Source: Cyanidioschyzon merolae
Taxonomy: Eukaryota
Strand: one strand, 5' to 3'
Assembly (NCBI GenBank): GCA_000091205.1
Contig: AP006501.2
Length of the DNA stretch: 64,000 nucleotides
Position 1 is the first letter of the stretch, and each line of letters starts with the position of its first letter. Shown here one piece after another: positions 19,239 through 28,924 of this stretch. The notes under the pieces were generated by a model, which was not told where the DNA came from, did no database searches, and saw nothing but the letters and a program-made list of their open reading frames with translations. Both the position numbers and the translations under genes were made by a program.

Positions 19239-21491
19239 TCATCGCATTCGCGAGGCACTGGTGGAGAAAAGTTGACGCGCCAGGTCCGCCGAGAACGATG
19301 ACGACGATGGTGGTGGTGGTGGTGGTAGCGGCGATGGCGATGGCGACGATGATGATGATGATGATGATCGACGCAGTTCGTGTGCATCCAGCAACTCGGT
19401 GTCGGTGAGCAGCACCGAGGAGGCCGCATCCGCTACCGCCTCCATTGTGGCATGATCACTTGGACTGGTGCTCTCCGCGATGCCGGCAACGCGACCCGAT
19501 AATGATGGCGATAAAGACGACCGGATGTGATGATGGTTATTGGTGCTGTTGTTGCTATTGGTGCTGCTCATCTCGGATGCCATGTGCCGTCGATGGGTTG
19601 TCATAGCGTGTTCCGATGGTGCACGCCTTGCATCCCCGCTCACAGCGTCGGCAAGCTGGTCGTTGAACTGCATCGCTAGCGTCGACGCCTGCGAGCGATG
19701 ATTCATGGTTGACTGTTGTTGCAGTTGCTGTTGTTGCTGTAGTTGGTGCTGTCGTCGTCGCTTGCGCGCACAGAGACGGCAGTGATTGCCCCAATCACAG
19801 GTGCCTTGTCGTTGCATCATACGGCTGTGACGTTTGCGACAGTTGCCGCATACCTGTGTCGCGCAGCAAGCTTGACAGGTCCGATGTAGTTCTAAAGCAT
19901 CCGCGCTAGCGCGACTTCGCAGCGACTGGGAAGCTGAGCGTCGATCGAGTGCCCCCGACGAGGGCGAGTCAACGACAACCGCCTCGGGATCAGCCTCGCT
20001 CGTGGATCGATCCGCGTGCGGTTGGCTCCGACGCGTTCTCCTCGCAGTCGTTAGAAGCAAACCGTGATCGCTGAGGCCTTGCTCTGTGAGTACTCCGGCG
20101 GCCGCCTGGAATGCGGCATTTCTGGCACCGGCATCCAGGTTGGCTTGTCGACTAGCAGCGTCGCCTCCGAGCGCTGGTGTCTCCCACGGCGACGGCAGCG
20201 AGCTCCGCTGGCGAGCGCGTTGGCGCTGTCGACGAGTGCAGAGGCGACAGGCGTCGCCCCATTGGCATCGTCCATCAGGGGCATGTTTCATCATGCGATG
20301 ATGCCGTTGTCGACACGCCGGGCACACCGGTTTGTTCAGTCCGGGATCACTGCACTTGGGGCAGCGGATATGTCGCTCCAGGGGTGTCGTGCCTGTCGAC
20401 GGACCCAGCTGCCCTGCGCCGTCGTGCGCCACATACGGCGGAATATCATCCTGATCCCAGTTCAAGGCTTGGCTCTGTAGCGCCAGGGTGCTATGCTCGC
20501 CATCCTGGCCGGTTGGTCGTGCGCCCGACAAATAGCCTCGAAAGCTGGTACGGTCGCGTTCGCTGAGCAGGAGCATACCGCCACCAGTGGCGCCAGTACC
20601 CGTTCCAGTACCAGTTTCAGTACCCGTTCCAGTACCAGTTCCGATTCCGGTGCCGCGCTCGGACTCTGGATCCCTGAGCGGAGCAAAGAGCTTTGCTTGA
20701 GCGAGTTCATCATCTGTTTGCAGATGCACATTCTCGGGGATGTCTTCGGTGCCGGATTCTATCGGATTCGGCAGCCGCTCAGCCGGTATCAATACATCTC
20801 GGGCGGGGCGAAGCGCCGGTAGCACTCCTATTTTCACCGCCAAGTCCTGGGCGAAAGCCCGCGACGCGGATATCGGCGGCAGCGTCGGTGGCTCCATGGG
20901 CGACACCGAGGCCGCAGATACAACGCCGCACTCGGCACTGCCAGTGCCTTCGAGCCAGCCCTCAAAAATCTGCCGCTCTGGACTCTGCTTGTTTGGTAAA
21001 TCGGAGAGCATCGCATTCGCTGCCGTCACTGGGTTTCCATCGGCGCGAGTTGCGGACCCTGCACTGAAAGTGCGCCCAGCATCACGACGTACACCCAATG
21101 CAGTGCTTGCCGCTGTTGCAGTCGTTGAGGTCGGCGTATCCGGATCGTAGCGGGCGAAGTCGACGACGGCAAACAGGTAGTGGCTGGTGTCGGTGCTACG
21201 ACCCAGTGGACTAGGCGGTGGGCGCGGCTCGCTCTCCGCGAGTCGCTGGCGCGTCCGGCGGCCGATTCCTTCGCCCAGAGAGGAGTCTCCGGGTGACCCA
21301 TCCCTTGTTCCAAACGTCTCTGCAACGTGATCTGGAAAGTTATCGCTATTTACTGCGGAGTCGTCCCCGCCAAGACCCCAGTAGGCGTCCGACACCGCCA
21401 GATTACCTTCGTCGTCCACGTGCTCCGTCTGTGCACGCGAAGAAGCCGCAGCACTTCTCTTCGTCTGCCGCTCTCCTCGTCGCGGTGCCAT
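19239..21491 (-). CDS. Low-complexity protein with two copies of a Cys-rich (7 Cys + 1 His) module
   Basis: The track start at 21572 is GTG and the first ATG is at 21491. The modules lie at 20238-20363 and 19770-19877. A Gly-Thr repeat lies at 20586-20654. The C-terminal part has poly-Q, poly-S and poly-P tracts. No family was recognised. Confidence 0.55.
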   Translation of the reverse strand: MAPRRGERQTKRSAAASSRAQTEHVDDEGNLAVSDAYWGLGGDDSAVNSDNFPDHVAETFGTRDGSPGDSSLGEGIGRRTRQRLAESEPRPPPSPLGRSTDTSHYLFAVVDFARYDPDTPTSTTATAASTALGVRRDAGRTFSAGSATRADGNPVTAANAMLSDLPNKQSPERQIFEGWLEGTGSAECGVVSAASVSPMEPPTLPPISASRAFAQDLAVKIGVLPALRPARDVLIPAERLPNPIESGTEDIPENVHLQTDDELAQAKLFAPLRDPESERGTGIGTGTGTGTETGTGTGTGATGGGMLLLSERDRTSFRGYLSGARPTGQDGEHSTLALQSQALNWDQDDIPPYVAHDGAGQLGPSTGTTPLERHIRCPKCSDPGLNKPVCPACRQRHHRMMKHAPDGRCQWGDACRLCTRRQRQRARQRSSLPSPWETPALGGDAASRQANLDAGARNAAFQAAAGVLTEQGLSDHGLLLTTARRTRRSQPHADRSTSEADPEAVVVDSPSSGALDRRSASQSLRSRASADALELHRTCQACCATQVCGNCRKRHSRMMQRQGTCDWGNHCRLCARKRRRQHQLQQQQQLQQQSTMNHRSQASTLAMQFNDQLADAVSGDARRAPSEHAMTTHRRHMASEMSSTNSNNSTNNHHHIRSSLSPSLSGRVAGIAESTSPSDHATMEAVADAASSVLLTDTELLDAHELRRSSSSSSSSPSPSPLPPPPPPSSSSFSADLARQLFSTSASRMR

Positions 21492-21801
21492 GCCACCCAA
21501 ACCAGTCCAGAAACGCTTACTTTCCGTTCCGACTGTGCTGACTGAGGCGTGCGCTGACGGGCTCGTGAGCACGAGCCCTCGCCCTGCGCGAGCGTGCTTC
21601 TACGGTGGCAGCAACGCGCCTCTTTCCGGGTGTTTCGTGACCTTCCAGTGAGCTAGTCTGCAGGTGCTGACTATTGACCACACTGGACGCCTTGTCCAGC
21701 TGCTCTGGCACCGGTGTTTCTCGTAAGCGGCCAGAAGATATCACCGGCAGCGGGAGCGGGCCTCCGCTGCTGGGCGCCTCCTCTGGCGACGTTGGCTGGC
21801 G

Positions 21802-21816
21802 CCCCCCCCCCCCCCC
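21802..21816. repeat. Homopolymer C15 (G15 on the minus strand)
   Basis: Read directly from 'ggcg ccccccccccccccc ggtg'. It lies inside the 21517..21963 minus-strand ORF, where it encodes GGGGG. Confidence 0.95.
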
Positions 21817-22744
21817 GGTGACGACTGGAGCGATCATTCGCTGCCGTCGCTGCTGCAGCTGATTTTTTACCTCTGACGAGGGGTTTCTATTGTATTTGGA
21901 ATCGCGTATTGCGGGATGGATATTACGATTTATGTAAGTGTTCATCAGGATGCTGAACTTCAAGTTCCATGACAGATACTTCCTTGCGGATGTACTGGTC
22001 GTTTCGGACGTTCTATCATGAGTCTAGTGCCTGCAGTACGCATACGCGTTAGCGCCGAGACCGCTGGAGCGGATATTTCATAGAGCCCGAACGGCTTTGC
22101 CATACGACTGGGGCGGGGGGTGTTGGCCCAAGGCATGATTCACTGGACATCGGGGTCGGAGCGTAGAATCATTCTGGGAGCGTGCAAGCTGTGCAGACGC
22201 ACTGCCTGTGGCAGCAGCGCGAAGCGATATACAAGGAGTACACTGCGACCAGGGCGATGCCCAGACGCTGGCTAACTGCTCGAAATCCCAGAATAAGCGG
22301 CGTTTCTGACGAGTTGCCCAGGTCTCAATAAAGCTCCTGCAACTGGGGGCCTGAAGCACAAGCCTGGCAGGCTCGTGCGACTCGCGGGACCTTACGTCCA
22401 GAAGGTAAACTCTCGACGATACGGAAACCTTTGCCCCCTTTTATCGTTTGTCGTAGAGGGGCAAAGAAAATGTTATCTCGCTACTAGTTTGTAACTAGTC
22501 TCTGTCCTTTTGGGTATATCATGCGCTCGATACGCGCACCTCCATATCTGGCAGTCACAAGACCTGACGTGTATCGCGCCGATGAAGGGAAACGCGATCC
22601 TGATCATGAGCGTGTAGCTCCAACGTACAGGACGCATTTGCGTTGAGGTCATGCGAAAGTATAGTATTTCATCCCAGATGAGTTTCGACCCTCAATGGAG
22701 TGTATTCAAGTGATTTTTCGCGGTTTATAGTAGTAGCGTTCAAA

Positions 22745-23138
22745 GAGCATTCTTTTCCAAAAACAAAAAATCCAAGGGACAGGTATCGACCTGGATGTTG
22801 GGAATCCTTAAGGGCCATCATCGTCGAATTCGACGAAGAATAACCGAAGAAGAAATCCTCTTTTCGTCGACTATCGAGCGAACATGAGCGAACGATGCGG
22901 ACGAAGAAGACCGAGAATGGATGTAGGCGAGAAAGTGTGTGCCCGACGAGACGATGACGAGACTGTAGTGGCACAGAGGGCGCGGGTTCTGGGAATCCTT
23001 GGAAAATTGCGTTCAGCCAGAGGCAATAAACGTATGGTGCTCGTGAACCGAGACTTTAACGCCGTCATCAATATCAGACGATGGGCGGTGCTGAAGACGA
23101 GACACGAGGAGCTTACGCGATCTAGCTTTGTGGAGTAG
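22745..23138 (+). pseudogene. TnpB/Fanzor-like nuclease relic R1 (C-terminal fragment)
   Basis: In one frame it reads 'LFVDYRANMSERCG' (22860-22901) and then 'LVNRDFNAVINIRRW' (NRD... at 23046-23081). This matches the TnpB pattern of TSKxC plus Zn ribbon followed by RuvC-III 'RDxNAAxNIRR'. An in-frame stop lies upstream at 22809-22811. It is collinear with R6 at a constant offset of 19,692. Confidence 0.5.
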
Positions 23139-24125
23139 CCTCTCATGGGCGATGTGTACAGGGAGAAGCTGAAACCGATAGCAGGTCGCCTGTGTAGATA
23201 GGCTGGGAGGCGTCTGCACGTGGGTGTCAGTTTACGATCTCGAGGCGACGCCTCCAGTGGTGCGGAAAGGCCGTTCTGTCTGCGCTAATGCGAGACGCGT
23301 GGTGGTTACCTGGGCCCTGCTTTTCCCTTATAGGCTATTACGTGAGCCCTTGGGCACCTTCAGCACAGAAACGTTTCCAGTCTGCAACGTGGCGGGATAA
23401 GCGAGTCGAGCTCGGAGCGCTCCGTGTACAATCACGCTGTCTCCTTTCGCAAGTTACGATGCGTACCTGTTTCGCGGCTGGATTTTTGGCACCAAAAGCG
23501 CTGTAGGTACCGGGTTCAGGTACAGTTCCATCTCGCCAGATGCTGTTGGTGTCGAAGGATCGGCTTCAGGAGGAGGTAAGCGTCCGGCATTGCGTACCAA
23601 GAGGTCTGCGACGAGGCGTTCATCGCGCAGTTCGTCGCATCAGCAGGCGGGCACTGCTTGTAATCGACTGCCTGAGCGCTTCATTGAGACGATTCATAAA
23701 AGCCATCGTCGCCTTCAGATATCACTCTGAGAACTGTTTGGACGCTGCAGAACGATTCTCGGGATGCGCGAAACATGCCCAGAGTCGGCACCTGGCATGG
23801 GGTAGGGTCCTGGTCTGTTGTGGTGTAGGATCCTTAAATCTAACCAGGTTTCTGGCGATGCGCATCCGCTTCTGATGACCACGAAAGAGGCCTCGTTCGC
23901 TTCACTAGCGCATGTGTGTGTTCGGCAAGTCCCAGTCAAAATGCCCAACAGGTATAGAGGCTTGCTCATTCCAAAGGAACAGCGGTTATCGAGTCTACAG
24001 TGGGCGCTCGCGCCACCGCGGGCTCATTCTCACACGCTCACCGCAGAGGTTCGTTTCCTAACGAGCAACTCGCGCGTCTGCAGGCGCATTCTCCAACGAG
24101 ATGCCGACCCTGAAAACGTATATTT

Positions 24126-24282
24126 CGCTGTATTCCAAGTCTGGAATCATCCGAGGCACTAGATGCGAAGGCAGCCGGTTTCGGGAAGTGCTCGTCCCAG
24201 TCTGATACCGGAAATCCCGCTGTATTCCAGGTCTGGAATCATCCGAGGCACTAGATGCGAAGGCATCCGGTTTCGGGAAGTG
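24126..24282. repeat. Two direct copies of a 65-bp unit, 92 bp apart
   Basis: 'CGCTGTATTCCA(A/G)GTCTGGAATCATCCGAGGCACTAGATGCGAAGGCA(G/T)CCGGTTTCGGGAAGTG' occurs at 24126-24190 and 24218-24282, upstream of the YggS-like gene. Confidence 0.85.
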
Positions 24283-24562
24283 GTAGTGCCTCCATCCGAT
24301 CGTATATCTCGTTGTACCCCAGGTCTGTAATCATCCAGATCACGACATACATAGGCATTATGTGTCGGGTACTCGACATTCCGCCTTGCTCGTGCTTCGC
24401 GCTGGCATACGATACAAATGAAGCACAGCCGCAGTTGCGCAGTCGCGGTTGCCAGGCCCGCGTTGCGTACGGCTGCGATGCCCGCCGGAGGACACAGCCT
24501 TGTGCTACGCTGGGCTCGTGCGGCGTTGCGCCCGTATACTGTTGGGCTCCGTTGGAGACGGT

Positions 24563-25372
24563 ATGTCGGTTAGGTGGAAGCGGCTTCAAGCACAGCTCGG
24601 TTTCCTGTCTAGTGGACTGCGCATGCAGCATACAATTTCGGAAAGCAAAGCACAAGGTGAACGAGCGCAAACTATAGCAGAACGACTGTGCAAGGTACGG
24701 GAGCGAATTCAAGTCGCTGCGCTTGCCGCAAAACGCGACCCTGCACGGGTTCGCCTAGTTGCTGTGAGCAAAACGCACGCTGCCGGTACCGTGCGGGAGG
24801 CGTATGACGCAGGTCAACGCCACTTTGGGGAGAACTACGTCCAGGAGCTGGTTGAGAAAGCGGAACAGCTACCGACAGACATAAACTGGCACTTTATCGG
24901 ACACCTGCAGAGCAATAAAGTGAGGACGCTGTTGAGTGTCCCGAACCTCTGGTGCGTTGAGACTGTCGATCGACCCAAGCTTGCGAATACACTGAACCGC
25001 CTCATGGACGAGTTGCGTCCCGACGGAGGTCCGATACCTGTGATGGTGCAGGTGAATGTCAGCGGGGAAGCGAGCAAGGCCGGGATAGAACCCGCTGCCG
25101 CTCCCGAACTCGTCGAGCACATCCTGCAGGCTTGCCCGCGGCTGAAGCTCCTCGGTTTAATGACGATAGGCTCGCCGGACCCGAGTCCAGAGCCTGTGGC
25201 GTTCCAAAGGCTCTCGCACTTACGAGACCAAATACAGGACCGGTTTAGGTTTCAAGAGCCGCTCGAGCTCAGCATGGGTATGAGTGATGACTTTGAGGCG
25301 GCGGTACGCATGGGTAGCACCAATGTACGCATCGGATCCACTATATTCGGGCCGCGTGTCTATCCGCAATGA
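24563..25372 (+). CDS. PLPBP: YggS/PROSC-family pyridoxal-phosphate homeostasis protein
   Basis: The track start at 24449 is TTG. In-frame ATGs lie at 24563 and 24623. The family blocks are 'LVAVSKTHAAGTVREAYDAGQRHFGENYVQEL' (PLP lysine) and 'WHFIGHLQSNKV', followed by 'LSMGMSDDFEAAVRMGSTNVRIGSTIFG'. Confidence 0.85.
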   Translation: MSVRWKRLQAQLGFLSSGLRMQHTISESKAQGERAQTIAERLCKVRERIQVAALAAKRDPARVRLVAVSKTHAAGTVREAYDAGQRHFGENYVQELVEKAEQLPTDINWHFIGHLQSNKVRTLLSVPNLWCVETVDRPKLANTLNRLMDELRPDGGPIPVMVQVNVSGEASKAGIEPAAAPELVEHILQACPRLKLLGLMTIGSPDPSPEPVAFQRLSHLRDQIQDRFRFQEPLELSMGMSDDFEAAVRMGSTNVRIGSTIFGPRVYPQ

Positions 25373-25993
25373 ACAGATCAATGCTGCAGACGTTTTCAGG
25401 CGTTCTCTCCGGAGCTGGTTTGCGGCACGAATACGCAGCGACACCAGGTGCTCAGCAGTCCGCTCATACTCGATACCGGAACGCACCTGCACCTGAACGA
25501 TACCGATCAGCTTGCCCGTAACCCTCTCGTCAAGAAAGCGTGCGACTGGCGTAGCCCGTGAGCGTTGCGCCTGTGCGTAGCTATGAAGAAACGCACCGGC
25601 GGGGGCTTTAGCTGGGCGGCGAACCATATAGAATACACTGTTTAGGGTCTCTCATATCAGCTATCGGACGAGACGGCCTCGTATTCCAACCCCTGCTGGT
25701 GCGCAACTCGTTTCCAACTTCGTTCATTTGCGTTGTTCATGGAAGAGAAACCAGCTTGCGCTCTAAACAACTCGCTGCCGAAATGTTCAGGTTCACAGTG
25801 TTATACAGGAAACCGGGACAGCATGGCAAGCGTCTACGCTGTTGTCGTGTCATCACCACGAGCCCGAACCGACGTTGCGTGACGCCCTGGCCGTTGCTGA
25901 AGCCGTCCGACTCGCCAGAACGCTCTCCTCACCACTATGGCAGCCGCTGCTCTCGTATCGGGGAAATCCAAAATTGCACCCTCTGGTTTCAAA

Positions 25994-26464
25994 TCAACGC
26001 CGCAGTGCCAGTGCGACCCAGCCCAGAATAAACGCAGTTCCGCCGAGCGGCGCTACTGCACCGAGCCTCCGTTTACCCGTCAGCGTCAGCGCATAGAGAG
26101 AGCCCGAGAATAAAGCGATCCCAGTGGCGAAACACAAGCTTGCAACTTTGGCGGGTCGGTTTTCAAACGCACCACCTCGTGCAGCCAGCGCTAGTGCCAA
26201 CGAGTGCACCAGGTGGTAGGTTGCGCCGGTCTCCCAGATGCGTAGCAGCTTCGGGTCACTCACCCGGCGTGGCAATGCGTGGGAGCCAAACGCTCCCAAC
26301 GCAACCGCGAGTGCTCCCGAAAAGCCGGCGACACGCTGAACCGCGCTGGAACTCTCCCAAAACCCGGGCGTCTTCATCATGGTATCCACCAGGCCTGACG
26401 AGCGCGCATGCGAGAAGTCATCGCGAAGAATCGCGGCGCGCACGCCGCCCGAAAGCGAAATCAT
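25994..26464 (-). CDS. DUF423 (YgdD/TMEM256-like) small membrane protein
   Basis: ATG ORF of 156 aa. Family blocks are 'ALAVALGAFGSHAL', 'WETGATYHLVHSLAL' and 'LFSGSLYALTL'. Confidence 0.75.
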   Translation of the reverse strand: MISLSGGVRAAILRDDFSHARSSGLVDTMMKTPGFWESSSAVQRVAGFSGALAVALGAFGSHALPRRVSDPKLLRIWETGATYHLVHSLALALAARGGAFENRPAKVASLCFATGIALFSGSLYALTLTGKRRLGAVAPLGGTAFILGWVALALRR

Positions 26465-26600
26465 TCATGTGGGAATTTTAGCGGGAAAACGCTGGCTTTG
26501 GCGCTGAAACATATGATCGCGCTCGCTGCACCCGTGCTGGAATCGGAGGCGCGCGGCTCACAGCGGAAGCGATCTGGTGGTGCCGTCCATCCAGTGCGTG

Positions 26601-26664
26601 CTTATGCGCGTTTATGCGTGTTTATGCGTGTTTATGCGTGTATGCGTGTATGCGTGTATGCGTG
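26601..26664. repeat. Compound microsatellite of four 10-mers followed by three 8-mers
   Basis: Four copies of '(C/T)TTATGCG(C/T)G' at 26601-26640 are followed by three copies of 'TATGCGTG' at 26641-26664. Confidence 0.95.
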
Positions 26665-26739
26665 AACCTCATAGACTCAGTTGCAGCTCTGTAGGCATTG
26701 GTGCTCAAACGACGGGTTTCGGGTCTATCAGCCATCGAA

Positions 26740-27783
26740 ATGAATGCCGAGGCGGCGCAGGAGAGTCAGGATCTTTACGCGAAAGATTTGCGGCATGTTG
26801 CGCAAGACTATTTCGTGGTGAGGACTCTCTGCAAAAGACTCGTTGTGGTGGAGTTAGAACTCTACCGAGCTCGGCGCCTGTGTAGAGCTTGGGCTCAGGC
26901 GCTAACTGCACAACGCCAACACACACCGCCGTGCATGCACGAGCAGCAGACGAGCAGCGAACTTATATCTGCTGCGGCTCATGGCACTTGTCCTTATCGC
27001 GAAGCAATGCTCTATCTATTCCGTCAGGTAGCGGAAACAGGTTCCGTGTCGGAGTATTTACGTGACGTTGAGCACAGGGGCGCTCGTGCGTCCTCTTTGA
27101 AGGCTCTGCTGGAAAGCCGATCGCCACCCACGCAGTGGACTCGTCACGAAAGCGCCTCGGCGGACTCTTCTGCAGCCTCTGGTCTGGCACATGGGAACCG
27201 AGTCCAGAGTCAGAGGGCACAAGCGCGGAGCGCAAACGTCAGCGACGGCGCCGAGCGGGCGTCCGCGCAACGGGTGCCGGCTCCGTCATCCTCGGAACCG
27301 GCGATCATGCAGGGCCAGCAGCTACCAGCTAACGTCGGTACCGATTTGAGCCAAGCCGGGCATTCGAAGCGACCATTGCAGTTCCAAACGCGTGGTACCA
27401 CGGGCCCCGAAATGGGCCCGTCTCGAACGACGACGCTCGCTGGATTCCGAGCAGCGCAAATGCCAACGAATGCTAGTGCATCTCAACAGAACCGGTGGCC
27501 GCCCTGGAACGAGCAGTTCATGGAAGCGCTCATGGAGAGCGAACGCGACACCGTTGCTGGGCTTATCGAACAAGAACGACTACAGACGCAGCTCAACCTT
27601 CTGCGCGGTGTCATGATGGATCTTGAGGTTCTGCTCGAACGATGTCCTTGCGAGGACGCAGACGGAGCGATTGATTGCATCGACAGTGCAGATGACGACG
27701 AGAATTCGTTACCACCTCTGGCTGAGAATGGCCATATCCGCAGCAACAAGGCCGAGATGTCGACCAATACCTTCGCATGCTAG
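26740..27783 (+). CDS. Hypothetical protein (347 aa), predicted coiled-coil ends with a Q/S/A-rich centre
   Basis: The track start at 26698 is TTG and the first ATG is at 26740. It is the longest ORF at the locus and has no competing gene. No family was recognised. Confidence 0.5.
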   Translation: MNAEAAQESQDLYAKDLRHVAQDYFVVRTLCKRLVVVELELYRARRLCRAWAQALTAQRQHTPPCMHEQQTSSELISAAAHGTCPYREAMLYLFRQVAETGSVSEYLRDVEHRGARASSLKALLESRSPPTQWTRHESASADSSAASGLAHGNRVQSQRAQARSANVSDGAERASAQRVPAPSSSEPAIMQGQQLPANVGTDLSQAGHSKRPLQFQTRGTTGPEMGPSRTTTLAGFRAAQMPTNASASQQNRWPPWNEQFMEALMESERDTVAGLIEQERLQTQLNLLRGVMMDLEVLLERCPCEDADGAIDCIDSADDDENSLPPLAENGHIRSNKAEMSTNTFAC

Positions 27784-28924
27784 CAGGGCCAAACCCGATG
27801 GACACTGCGGTATCGTGATCAAGATGGTCACATCAGACTGCGTATTGTCATTCATTGAACAAGTGCTCCCAGTGCAGCCGTCCCAGGCCAGTCTTTTTTT
27901 CGTTTGGTCGCTGTATTGGGACGCGTTCAAACGAATTTGCCGAACAAATTTTATGGCCAGCTTTCAGACGCTTTGCAGACCGCGCTACAGCGTTCTAGGC
28001 CTTTCTGAGCTACGATGCATCTCCCGTGCGCATGAGCTGAGGCGCGTTTGAATCGATATTCAACGCAGAGGCGCTGGACGTTTGTGCATACGCGATCTGC
28101 AATGCCAGTCATTACCGGTCTAGAGTCCTGCTGCGTCGTCGTCGTTGCCATCGACATCGCCGTAGACTGGAAACTGCGTCCTCGGGTATGAGATCCATGA
28201 ATTCGCCCGCGACGCGTCGACAGACGACCTGTACGTCCGGACAGCCCCTGGCAATCATTGTTCGGGTCAGACAAGTATCGCAATGCACTGCATGGATAGA
28301 GCAGCTGCTGTGTGTGCGTTGTCGCAGCCAATCCAGCTGAGCGTCATGGCGTGCACTATAGAGCAGAACGGTATATGCGGGCGCCGGTCTGGCGAAACAT
28401 CGTAGCAGGCCATTCCACAGATGCTCACGCCCATGGACAGCGGGGCGGCGTACGCCACATGACCATGGAAGCGAAGAAAATGCGCCCCCAGAAAACTTTG
28501 CTCCAAAAAGAATCAAACGGATACATGATACCAAACAGAGCCGCATCGGTCGCAGTGGCTATCCTGCTGGCGAGCGCTGGCTGCGCGTCAAGCTGCAAGT
28601 TGAGGCGCTCACTGCTGACATCGTTCCGCCCCGTTCTTCGGCACAAATTCGAACGCTCCACAAAGATGACCACATGGTGCTGGAGGAGCGCGCGCATGCG
28701 CCCGTCCTCATACACTTGGCCGGTTACCGCGAGTTTTCAAACCATCTGGTTCAATGTTTGGAGTGGCTGTCTATGCGGGATGCCACCTCACGCATGCTGC
28801 GTTCTCAGACGGTGGCATCGCTCGCTGGCATGCAACCAACGCGCGCGTCGTTTCAAGCTCGCCAGCAGCAGCAGCAGCACCAGCAGCGATCGCAAAATGC
28901 CGCACACGACGACTGCTCATGCAT

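Noticed and set aside
25220-25627. ATG-initiated 135-aa minus-strand ORF between the YggS-like and DUF423 genes
   Set aside because: Its last ~50 codons overlap the conserved C-terminus of the YggS-like CDS on the opposite strand, and I recognise no family. It remains a possibility only if transcript evidence exists.
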